Shown here: piece after piece, positions 14,531 through 27,613 of the stretch
Position numbering within the stretch: the stretch's first letter is position 1
Layout: each line of letters opens with the position of its first letter
Source: Eledone cirrhosa
Taxonomy: Eukaryota
Assembly: GCA_964016885.1 (NCBI GenBank)
Contig: OZ024740.1
Span: 345,712,001 to 345,776,000, forward strand
Direction of reading: 5' to 3'
DNA length: 64,000 bases
Made by a program: the position numbers and the translations under genes
The notes under the pieces: model-generated
The model's database searches: none
What the model saw: the letters and a program-made list of their open reading frames with translations, nothing else
What the model was told of the DNA's origin: nothing

Positions 14531-14829
14531 TTTTATGCCAAATGTAGGTTTGTGTCAGCTGACTGAGAAATAAGTCTTTCACAACAAATATGTGTGTGTG
14601 TGTAGTAGTAGTAAAGAGGTTCGTTGTTGTGATAATGTTCATCAGGGTTGCGTGTGCGAACCGCAGCCTGTTGACAGTTCAAACGCCTATTTAGACAAGT
14701 GTGTGTGTGTGTGTGTGTGTGTAGCAGAGTAATTCGTGGTAGAGGGATGGTCAGTAGGAATGTGTCTGTAAGTGTGTGGGGGATATTTTAACATGTTAAA
14801 ATATTTTTCAGCTCTTATCTTATACGGAG

Positions 14830-14865
<36 letters not shown>

Positions 14866-15051
14866 CTCTTTGTATGTTAATGTACGCGTATGTATGTGTG
14901 TGTGTATATATATGTGTGTGTGTGGGTGGGTGGACCAGTATTTATTTCTGGTAAAATGGTGTACATTATTCGATATTTTCAGTAAAATCGATTCTCTCAA
15001 TAGAGCCAAAAAAACCTTATATATATATATGTTTATATATAAATTTTGAGA

Positions 15052-15113
<62 letters not shown>

Positions 15114-15613
15114 GTGTTTGTGTATATATATGCGTATATATATATATGTGTATATATATGTGTATATATATGTGTATATATATGTACTTTTATTTAAGTA
15201 ACAGCCGTACTAAGAGTGAGAAATGATTTTCGTTTCATTGTTTCCATTTATCGTTTTCTGTGCGCCCGGCCGATTAACTCACTCGATATTAAAATTAGGC
15301 TGCTCAGCCGTTAATATGCATAGGGAAAGTATATACTTTCAGACATTCAATCATCTGGCAGGAAGGTATACGGTGCTGACGATAGCTAATAAGCTTGAAA
15401 CTTGTACATTGTTCCTTTGTCAGTGTTGAACAAAAGGGAAACGATGGTTGCTAAACACTGTACGGCTTAATTCGGGATTTTTGTTTACAGACAAACCAAG
15501 CATTATAATAAATGGTCGGTAAATCCAAACGTACATATGTATATGTGTGCGTGTATGTATATATGTACATACTACTGTACGTCTGTATACATATATGTAC
15601 GTACGTATACATA

Positions 15614-15658
<45 letters not shown>

Positions 15659-15791
15659 GTATACATATATATGTATATATATATATATATATTTATGTAT
15701 ATATATATATATTTAGATATTTATGTATATATATATATATATATATATATAATTATGTATATATATATGTAGATATATATTTATGCAAATA

Positions 15792-15911
<120 letters not shown>

Positions 15912-16445
15912 GAAAGCAGGTTGACATGGTTTGTTATACAAAAAAGGTTTTTAATCTCATAGCTGACAATTGTTTCTCTGAACTGGTAGGTCTAGAGATC
16001 GCTATTCGCTTATTTTCACGTTACTCGATCGCCAATACAAAATTATAACCAGTCAGATCTTCGGAGCATGCGAGAATGAAGAGAATACACAGGCAAGAAA
16101 AGAATATACAGGCTACTATATGAAGTAGTAATGGCATTCAATTAGAACAATAACAACAATTACAACAATGCTATTAATAAATTATTTGAGGAGACCCTGA
16201 CATTTCTTAGGTGGGGGGTATAATGTATCTAACATTACGGCGTGTAAAACTAGCTGTCATGAGGCAAAAGTAAGAGTTTGGCATGTACAGAATATCGAAG
16301 TGTGTATCAATTTTAAATTATAAAGATAAGCCAGTGTTTACAGTCTTTCTTTTCATCTTCAACAGCATACACGAGTGGGACAACACTGTCAAAGCTAAAT
16401 AGTTGTTGAGTTAATACAGAGGTTAACGAAGTAATATACGCATAT

Positions 16446-16524
<79 letters not shown>

Positions 16525-16757
16525 TACACACACACATATATATATATATATACACATGCATGTGTACATAGACACATACATACATATCAATATACACTCG
16601 TACAAAAATATACATACATGCAAAGTGATAAGCGTGGTAATTGTAATTATGGCATAAGGAAGGTAAAGTTACACTGTAGTAGTGAATTGAGAAAAACTAG
16701 GATTTAGGATCAAATGATGGCAGCATTTGACTGCATTTAACTATTATTTGTTACCCC

Positions 16758-16794
<37 letters not shown>

Positions 16795-17567
16795 AATCAA
16801 ATTATATTTATTTTAAAAAAAGCCTTCGTGAGCCACTTTTTAAAGTTAAAAAAAATTAAAACAAACTTACGCAAAAGCTGATATACTTATTCACGTGACA
16901 TCAACCAACCAAACTTCACTCATATATGAAAAAACAACCTGCTATATTCACTGAACCAGAAAAAATCCCCCATCCCATTTCTCTTGACCATTATCTTTTG
17001 TTTGTCATAATATTCTGTAAAAGGCTACAGAATAAATTACCAAATACGGGCGCGAAATGTAATGAACTTGTTCACGTGACAATAATAATTTCATTCATAA
17101 CTAATCAAATTACATAAAAAAAAAGCCTTCGTGTGCCCCTTTTTTTTAAAGTAAAAATACATTCAAACACTCATGTATGAAAAAAACAACCTGAGCACGC
17201 CTGCCACCCCGCCTTGTTTGAAGATCTTTGTAACGCGAACTGGCGCGAAATTTATTATACTTATTGACCAACCAATCAAATTACTTCTCTAAAAAGCTGG
17301 CGTTTGGAGCCACTTTTTTCCATATAAAACAAGTAACATTCTATGACCAACCAGATGTGAGAAAAACCACAGACCCGCCATCTCAACTCTACTTTTGAAA
17401 AGCGGAAGAACTACGAAACTGTTAAAGGAACAAATAAATATATATATATTTTTTAAAAATAAGACTCCAGTTGCATTTTCGATTTCATCCTTTTTTCTTT
17501 ATACTTTCACTCGTGTAGGACACCCCGGTTATTTTTCATTTTGTAAAAATAAACTCATTTTCTAATG

Positions 17568-17640
<73 letters not shown>

Positions 17641-17644
<4 letters not shown>

Positions 17645-18548
17645 AAACGAGACGTCCGTCTGGGAAGAGATATATTAGATATGTCTCATATGAAATAATA
17701 CAGCCAATTTTCCACGCAATACTTTTAGTTACCACCCCGACCGCATAATTGGGAATATAATCACTTATTTCCTAATGTTTGTTGAGTGAGTTGGAATTTG
17801 GCCGGTTATCGCTAAAAAGCTTTCTCCGATATTGTATTTATTTATTTACTCTTGGAGCAACAGATTCGAAATAATTCCCGGTATAAGGTTAACATTTCTT
17901 TGTTTATTTTTTATATATGAATATTGATTGTTCCTTATATCTCATTCTGTTATTTTGCCCAAGAAAATATCTGTGTGTCATCAAATGTTGTACACACATA
18001 GATATTTTTTCAATTTCCAATTGAGTTCTTAGCACGTGGCCTGAATTCCTTTCACAATTCATTGTCATGCGCATATACTGTTTTTTTGGCGGTAATTTAC
18101 TTCCTCATTTTTTGAATCAGTTTCAGCACTTCTTTAAAACTGCTGGACTGGCAATCTGACAGATACCTCAGGCACAGAGGATGATGATTATCGCTAAATA
18201 CTGATGTTGGTTAGATTATCAATATTAGTATTATTGGGGCACCCACTGATGAATTATAGGAGCCCACTTGAATATATATCTATTGATGGTATACAAACTC
18301 CTACATAAATTGGTATAATTTCACCCAAATTGTAGAATCCTATAATGAAACGAGACGTCCGTCTGGGAAGAGATATATTAGATATGTCTCATATGAAATA
18401 ATACAGCCAATTTTCCACGCAATACTTTTAGTTAGCACCCCGAACGCATAATTGGGAAGATAATCACTTATTTCCTAATGTTTGTTGAGTGAGTTGGAAT
18501 TTGGCCGGAGTATCGCTAAAAAGCTTTCTCCGATATTGTATTTATTTA
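17641..18548 (+). mobile_element. Non-coding 703-bp-period partial tandem element (about 1.3 units) with HHR, in (TA)n
   Basis: 17641-17845 is repeated at 18344-18548; HHR at 18242-18367. Confidence 0.75.
18242..18367 (+). ncRNA. Type I hammerhead ribozyme motif with a large insert in loop II
   Basis: CCCA-CTGATGA-ATTATAGGA...TCCTATAAT-GAAA-CG-AGACGTC-CG-TC-TGGG. Stem I is 4 bp, stem II is 9 bp perfect, and the triplet is GUC. Confidence 0.68.
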
Positions 18549-18574
18549 TGTATCTATGTATATATGTATATATC

Positions 18575-18681
<107 letters not shown>

Positions 18682-18696
18682 GTATATATATATATT

Positions 18697-18801
<105 letters not shown>

Positions 18802-18816
18802 GTATATATATATATT

Positions 18817-18929
<113 letters not shown>

Positions 18930-18960
18930 GTATATATATATATTTATATATATATATATT

Positions 18961-19067
<107 letters not shown>

Positions 19068-19840
19068 TTCTGTGGATGAATTTATATCCTGATTCTCTTT
19101 TGAGATGAGTTTGAATTATTTTTCCTACATCTTACGTTAACTATTTTTCCCATCTTGACGCCATAGTCACATATATGTTATGGAATACTATTAGCTTCTT
19201 GCTAAAACTATTTCTATACCTTTCATTTATATATTTATACTCGGATTTTTTTCCTAGAGTGCTTACATTATTTGTGACTAATCCCGGTTTTTTTTAATAA
19301 AAACTGTGATAATATTGCTTTTTGCTGAACTCCTTTTGTAGAGTTTTTTTCGGAATGTATTTGACTGTTATTTCTTGTAAACAAACATTCATTCCATTCT
19401 GACGTCACTAGCCCTGCTTTCCTCATGTGCGTCTTTCATAATTACGCATGGTGGTGAACTAGCCAGTTTTAAAATTCCCTTTTTGGCTTATAAATCTGTG
19501 AGAGTCCTAGTTATGTGGTTGAGCTCTGCTGACGATTGAAATCCAACCGTGATCATCTCCACTGAAAGTTTTCATGAAATAGTCTTTAAGACTATACAGA
19601 GCATTTGGTGTTTTTCCAAATTGAAGGATAAGTATTTTAGACTTTATTTTATCATGAGTTAAGACCCTATTGATTTTTCCCTGGATTTCACTAAATTCTG
19701 TGTATGAATTTATATCCTGATTCTCTTTTGAGATGAGTTTGAATTATTTTTCCTACATCTTACGTTAAATATTTTTTCCATTTTGACGCCGTAGTCGCAT
19801 ATATGTTCTCGCTAAAACAATTTCTATACCTTTCATTTAT
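19068..19840 (+). mobile_element. Non-coding 628-bp-period partial tandem element (about 1.25 units) with HHR, in (TA)n
   Basis: 19068-19230 is repeated from 19696 (with a small deletion); HHR at 19523-19602. Confidence 0.75.
19523..19602 (+). ncRNA. Type I hammerhead ribozyme motif with full stem III
   Basis: GCTCTG-CTGACGA-tTGAAA...TTTCAt-GAAA-TAGTCT tta AGACTA-TA-CAGAGC. Stem I is 6 bp; stem III is 6 bp plus the core A-U pair. Confidence 0.75.
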
Positions 19841-19964
<124 letters not shown>

Positions 19965-19989
19965 GTATATATATATATATTTATGTATA

Positions 19990-20086
<97 letters not shown>

Positions 20087-20091
20087 GTATA

Positions 20092-20164
<73 letters not shown>

Positions 20165-20185
20165 TTATATATATATATATATATA

Positions 20186-20569
20186 TTAAAATAACAGATT
20201 AAAGTTTAAGCAAAAAATCGCTGCTTTCGCCCTTAACGGGATTTCTGCAACTAAAAAAATCAATCTGTGAACGCAGAAGTAAATATTTCGAAAAACGTTT
20301 CAACCGAGGGAAGAGAGGAAGACGATACTTTGGTTAACCAAAGTATCGTCTTCCTTCGGTTGCAAAGTTTTTCGAAATATTTCCTTCTACGTTCACAGAT
20401 TGATTTTTTTAGTTGCAGAAGATCCGGTTAAGGGTGAAAGCAGGGATTCTTTGCTTAAACTTTAATCTGTTATTTTAATAAATATTTGCTCTACAGTGCT
20501 TATATATTTGATATATATTTATCCTTATCGAACCCTTTTTGGGTTTTAGTCTTCAAGTTTATTATTATT

Positions 20570-20570
<1 letters not shown>
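20186..20570 (+). mobile_element. Fold-back element family B: about 295-bp imperfect palindrome plus about 90-bp tail
   Basis: Arms are centred on TTTGGTT|AACCAAA (20335/20336). The tail ...GTCTTCAAGTTTATTATT is shared with the 9086 copy. Confidence 0.8.
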
Positions 20571-20603
<33 letters not shown>

Positions 20604-20808
20604 CACAAACACACACACACACACACACATATGTATATATGTGTGTGTAATATGCGTAAATATATACACACACACACATATATATATTTATATGTACGTA
20701 AATGACTACGTTCTAATGTGCGTATATGTAACAATTTAGCAGAAAATTCTAAGTATTAACCAAAATTGAATAACTTTTTTCATTAAAAATTAACACATAT
20801 AATATTCC

Positions 20809-20900
<92 letters not shown>

Positions 20901-21020
20901 GTATATATATATATATACATATGTATATTTGTGTGTGTGTATGCACAATTGTTAGCGAACGCTTTCCTTATTAAGACAGTAATTTGAGCTACAAGCGAAA
21001 ATGTCTAGATAATTACAATT

Positions 21021-21054
<34 letters not shown>

Positions 21055-21299
21055 CGTGTGTGTGTGTGTCTAAATATATGTGTATATAAATAAATATATA
21101 TATATATTTATTTGTATACACATATATATTTGTATATATATATACACATTCTACTATACGGACTCACAGATACACAGCGACACATACTTTCACATGTGCA
21201 CACTCCATTAAACACAATCACTATACCAGATAACAATTTGTATCTCAATTTGTAAGATGACGTTCACCAAATTCAGTTTCATAGAGAATATCAGTGTGA

Positions 21300-23200
21300 T
21301 TTATTCCATTATAAATGAGTGATACATAGTTCGATTCCTCTTCGTAGCCTGCTACTTTTGTGTTCCTATTATTGTTTTAATCAAATTATTGCTTGAATAC
21401 GTTTGGTTCGCAAAAAATTATATCTTCCATGTCTCTATATATGAAAAGATTTCGTAGTACGATCTCTCAGCTTTGCATACTTTTCTTATTTCTACTTTAA
21501 ATTTTGATTGAACGTATTAGATTCTGCCTATGGAATACTCATGTCTCTTTAGATATACGAACTTCCGAATTTGTTCTATTATTTGGCACTCTTGGAATGT
21601 CCCTCATAACATTGCCTCAAAAATACCAAATCCGTGTTCATCAAAGTTTGTCGACAAACGAAATATTGAAACCCTTTTGAGTGAATGTCCCTACTCCACA
21701 CACCTTGAAAATGTGATTGTTCTGTCGCAGTATTCCGGAGCAGTCGTCTGGTCTCACGATATCTTCCATTCTTCCCTTTATTTTTCATCTCAAAACTTAT
21801 CCCCATTCATCCGAACGCTAATAATAGGGCTTTTGTATACATATCAGAGCAACAAAAGCTTACCGTCGATCCATTACTCATGCAGAACCTTTTCAAGTCC
21901 TACGAACCAAGAATATACCTCTTCGCAATTCTACCGCGGTTTCGTAAAGACATTCAGCAGTGTATATATTAAGTCCACTGCTCTGCATTCGCGTGCAAAA
22001 CCACACTGATTATCAGCTAGCATGGAGGCAACGATATCCCCACAACTATGCCAGACAGATAGCATAGATTTTACCGGGGAGGCTTCACAAGGAAATCCCT
22101 CTATAATTGGAGCAAACTTACTTGACTTCTTTTGTAAATATTAGGAATAACTCTCCCGATTGTAATTGTTTACCTGTCTTTCCAGAAGTCCAGGCCATTC
22201 GGCACACACGTGTCAGCCAGAAACTACTTTCCTATCTAAAGCTTTACACATCACGGGCTGAAATTCTTCTTCTTAGCGGCCTTGCCACATCTGAGGTATA
22301 TAATTGCTCTTGTGTCCTCTGCGCCCGAGAGGTTAATCGTCATTCTCAAATTCACCTTGTGTAAACGAGGTGCTGTTTTAACCGTGTTTAGGCGATCAAC
22401 AAAGTCTTCTCTCTAGCTCATGAGGATGCACCTCTTTGAAAAGAGGAGAACCCCAGGCGCGTTCCTGATAGCAGACATGGAAGAGTACCTCTTATTACAA
22501 AGTATGTGGACGATCTGCTAGAATATTCTATTTGTTGATCTGAAATCGGATTCCAGTTAATTCCCAAAGTCGTTCCATATCTTCATTTTGGACATCTTTT
22601 CTCTCTCTGCTATGACATTTCGCGCTTGCTTGTAAACAAAATGCAAGAAGGAGGACTTATATCTAAGCCAAGATTTGTATGCCCCCTTCTTTAGGCAGAT
22701 GACATCTCTGACCAGCTGATTGAATCACAGATCTTCCTTCCACCCGTCTCCACACCATGTCTCAGTGACATCATCAAGGAAGGATCTGTATTTGGGCTAT
22801 ATCTTTGGCGTATAATCTTCCACAATCTACTGCGATATTTTTCAGTCTAAGATTCAAAAGGCAAATGCTCTCAAAGCTGAATGGATAGTCATCACTGCTT
22901 CCATATTGCAGATTTTTCGGTGGTCTCCTTCGTGCCAATCACAAATTTGGTGATTCACAGACCCAAGAAGACTAGGCTTTCATTAGAGGGGGCCTTTACT
23001 CGCCTCGTCATAGCTATATCACCGGGTTGAGGGAGATATATTGGGCGTTAACAGTGACACGTATTGCTCCATCTGCCCTAGTAGTTTACCGCCGTTGAGC
23101 CTGGGTTGAATATTCGTCCCGCAGAAGCCTGCTTATGTAGCAATTATCACTCATATCTGGTGGCCCTATTGATATCCACCACCTGCGACCCGTTCGCTAC
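21300..23200 (-). pseudogene. Highly degenerate RTE-type LINE remnant
   Basis: Minus strand near 21870-22030 reads LADNQCGFARECRAVDLIYTL...WFVGLEK, a decayed QxGFR...DxIFTL...FVDLEKA RT motif. Boundaries are approximate. Confidence 0.55.
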
Positions 23201-23216
23201 CAGAACAGTGTGCGTG

Positions 23217-23254
<38 letters not shown>

Positions 23255-23256
<2 letters not shown>

Positions 23257-23455
23257 CGAAGGAGTTGTGGTAAGGAACCAGATGGACCATAACGCACCAG
23301 AGTATTCAATACTTAGGGTAGTAGAATGGGTAATAGAAATATGTATGACCGCGACGGCAGAGCTCAAGCCGTTTCGACGGCTATTTCTGGACTCTGAGTC
23401 CAGAAATAGCCGTCGAAACGGCTTGAGTTCTGCCGTCGAGGTCATACATTTTCCT
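23255..23455. mobile_element. Fold-back element family A, divergent subfamily copy
   Basis: Same tail; arms centred on GGACTC-T-GAGTCC carry matching substitutions in both arms. Confidence 0.85.
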
Positions 23456-25170
23456 ATATATATATATTTATATATATATATATACTATTGACTGCCGAAT
23501 AGCTGTGTTATATTTGACCACTCTGTCAAGAGCTTCATTCGATTTGTGATATTTTGAATTTTCGCAATATTATACACAGATGAATTCAATCGCCTAATTT
23601 AGGTGTTGCCCCCCTTGCTGAACCCCGCGTGGGGTCAGTTACAGACCCATCCTTGTGGACTTTCGAACTGAATCCCGTTGATACCGCGTACTCCTACTTC
23701 AGTCAGGATACGAGAAACTTAACATCCTTTATGTAAGTGGACAGTAAATGACTTATGGAGCCGCAGAAACCCCAACACTGGACTTTACCATCATTCCAGG
23801 GGTCCGGGTGAGTATCAAACATGTATATTTTCATATATTTTTATATCTGTATATCTGTTTGACCCGAAATAGGAGATCGAATCTTCGCTGTGTGGATGAT
23901 TAGTTTAACCACCATCTCAGTGTGTTTGGGCTTTAACGTAAGTTGTAAGCTGTAATTCATTTGAATTATTGAGCGCTTGCCTCACAATTCGAAAGTGTTT
24001 TCTCGTTATTTCATGGGCTGAAATTCGATTCTCGCTAATTTTTACTTATATATATATATATATATATATCCTGTCTCCATATCTACCGATGTTATCCACG
24101 AGATTGGGAAAGGTATAAACAGCTTGGTGCTTTTATCGTCGCGCGCAAACTCAGAATATAAGAAGACGAATTAATTATCGCATGGAATTGTCTTCAAGAT
24201 TCCAATAATTCTTCCGGTTCGCCATCTTTCATTGTACATTATGCCAAGAGAGAGATGGTGGAGGGGGGATAGAGAGAGTGAGAGAGAGATAGGAGTAGAC
24301 AGAGAGACATGAAAAGAATAAGAATGAACGGGAGAGAGAAATCGATGTATGTGCATGTGTGTGTTTGTACCTATATTTCTACATATAGATATATTTAATA
24401 AAAAGATATGTGGATAAAGTTAGAGAAATAGGGAAAGTTAATCATTCAAGACAGAAAGTCAGAAGAGTCAGGCAGATATACAATTCATGCAATGGTAATT
24501 TATTCAACCAGATTGGTTTCATGTAATAAATATAGAAAGAAACAAATATATGAAAATGAGCGAAAACCACTTCAAAAGATCATGTTTTTGTAACAAAATA
24601 ACAAAACACAAGAACATCAAATTTCCTTCGCAAATCCGAACGTCTATATTAGAGTTGCTTCCTTAAGCAAACAAGCAAACAGGCAAACATACAAATAACA
24701 TTTATAAAAAATAGATAAACACATTTGTAAACAGATAATTTAAAAATAACCACAGCAAAAATTGAAATTAATTAATTTATGAATTAAATTCGCTGATATG
24801 TGACGTAATAAGCAAATAATAATTACTATTCTAAAAAAAAAAAATAACCATTTATATAAATAAGAATTCCTAACATATTACCAAATAATGATTATAAAAT
24901 TCTTTTGCGATGAACATGCAAAATTTTGTAAAATATGCGAATCACTATATTATAGAACCATATGATATGCAAATACATATGAAGGAATAAAGAAAAAATA
25001 TTTCTTATATAAAATGCTATGAAGAATATTTGCATACATATATACATATGTTCATACACATGTACACACATATATCTCTCTGCTTAGCCATCTCTCCCCC
25101 ATTTTCTCTCTCTCTCTCTTTCTCTGTACAAACACACACACACAAACACATGCGCGCGCACACACAAACA

Positions 25171-25223
<53 letters not shown>

Positions 25224-25859
25224 GTATATATATATGTGTGTGTGTGCATGTGTGTGTGTGTGTGTCTGTGTGTGTGTGTAAGTATATATAATCGTATAAT
25301 TATAATCATGCAACATTTTCATATTTCATTGAATAATAAGACAAATACACATAAATTTATGTATATTCTAACGTTTAAGGCCAGATACAAACGTTAGATG
25401 ATTTTATAACGTACACATCATATCTGCGTATATATGTATAAGATATAATATAATTAGATATAAAATTGTCCACTGAGCAAGTAATCATATAATTTAATAT
25501 ATTTGAACATTTGTAACAACATGGCCACCACCTCAACTTCAAATATTAAAATCATTTATATCCAATCCAACAATACACAAAATAAATGTTATAGCAATGG
25601 AACATCAGTGATGAAACTGAGTCATACAGTATTTTTCAGTTGTTACACTCCGTCGGATTGATTTGTTCATCAAACTAATACCATATATTCTCTTATATCC
25701 CCTACATCAATTATGCACATCAACTACTTTTTTTAGTTTATATGTATATGTTTTTACAAGCATAGCCAAACACACATAACACCCATATATATATATATAT
25801 ATGAAATCAAATATGATATTTATTTCAAGTCCTTACTAACATGTACTTCTATAGGCGTT

Positions 25860-26940
25860 CGCCAATCTTGTGTGGAAACAATTCCAATCCATGAATCCAC
25901 AGCGTCGCGAACATATGTCAACCATGCATTGCGAGGACACACAAATTATCAGCAAATTATAATTCCAACTGGAAACATCAACTGTTATCTCACCGTTCGA
26001 CTTGTTCGTGTCGATCCAGGTTTTCAGTTTTCAGCCTCACTTGTGTGCCTGCATCAGGGATGAGATCACCTCAAGGACGGTGGAGTACCTGACGAAAATA
26101 AAAGAAGCGTCTTTTTCTGTATGAATTTATGGATGATGCCAAACGCAAATTTGGGCAAAGACTTCCATCTTGCATAAGTCCGCAGATCTCATTTACCATT
26201 GACAGTGTTGCGATGAATATTCCTAGAGGCAGGTTTTTATGACTATATGAATTTCCGAACTAGAGCAGATCCGAACCCAAAGACGAGATCATGATGTCCG
26301 CGCAGTGTCGATGTGGAAGATTATCTCCTCTTTAATTTATCGTGTGGCAGAAAAGATGTACTGTGATATTTGAATTAATTGACGCCATCCAGAATCTCGA
26401 CGTCGAATATGAAGGGACACATTCAGAAGTCGAGATACAAGCAGATAATATCTTTGACTTGGCTATATTGATTGAGTACACAAGGAAGCATTGATGTAAC
26501 GCTATTATCTTCAACAATCTTGGAGTCATCGGCACACTCAAATCAGTTACACTAATGATTCTTTCTACAGCAACGCGTTGGAGTTACTTCACGGCATGCT
26601 CTGCCATTCAAACGATTGCATAACCACAGAGTGAATCTTGAATTGGTCAGATTCATCGATGCAAAAGCGAACATTTACTCGGTCGAAGCTGTTGAATGTT
26701 CTTAATAGGTTCGATGTTAATAGCCATATAGCTTTTCAACAGTGTGGATATATTAGTCCAGAAGTGAAAATAGGTTTCAATTGTTAGCATTTTTTATTTA
26801 TTTTTTCACTCCTGATCAGAAAATGTTTAGAGGGCTTCTTCATAGGTAACACCACAATAATCATCGTCTTATTGAAGGTTAATAACAGACTTCAGCAATT
26901 GAGCTTCAATAGTTTCCAATGTATTTCAATTTCCTGACGA
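25860..26940 (-). pseudogene. Ancient LINE (RTE-like) remnant
   Basis: Minus strand shows ECADD (decayed xADD motif) at about 26525-26540 and a Cys/WIGIVS C-terminal-like segment at about 25870-25940; heavily decayed. Confidence 0.35.
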
Positions 26941-27536
26941 TTCCTGGATAAATGTTTATTTTCGCTGCTTCTTTCATGGTTTTCCATATTTCAGCTTTTT
27001 ATCATTCCGCATTTTTATCATTCCGCATTTTAATTCCTAGTTTTTCTTCTTTAGCTCCTTTCTATTAATGTTTGTTGTTTGTTTCGTTCATTTTTCTACG
27101 TTTCATTCTTTCTCACTTTCCTTTTTTAATCTTTCTTTCTCTCTTTCTTTATATTTCACCTTCTGTTTTAACCTGACACCAGTTCCGCCTTTTTTCTTTC
27201 ACTCCTTCATTCCTTCTTTCGTTATGTCCTTGTCCCATTTTTTCGGTCTTTCATTCATGCTATCTTTCCTTCTTACATTTTCCCTTTTTTAGAGTCTTTT
27301 TTATTTGTTTGCTTGTTGGTTTGTTTGTTTTTTCTTTGTTTCTTTGTTTCTTTGTTTCTTTGTTTCTTTGTTTCTTTGTTTCTTTTATTCATTATCTTTT
27401 CATTCACCCCAAATCTCTTCTTTTGATTTCCCTTCGTTTCCATTTTCGTTCTTTCGTTCTTCATTTATTTATTTCATTTTAACTCGCCTTCTTTCTGTTT
27501 ATGTTGCATTCATGCTACTTTTTCCTCTATTGTGCA

Positions 27537-27553
27537 CTATCTATCTATATCTA

Positions 27554-27612
<59 letters not shown>
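27537..27612 (+). repeat. (TATC)n microsatellite immediately 5' of LINE copy A
   Basis: Directly visible. Confidence 0.95.

Positions 27613-27613
<1 letters not shown>

Noticed and set aside
14612-14652. Minus-strand GCAACC-CTGATGA (similar sequence at about 375-411) and isolated CTGATGA at about 5829
   Set aside because: No correctly placed GAAA or stems.
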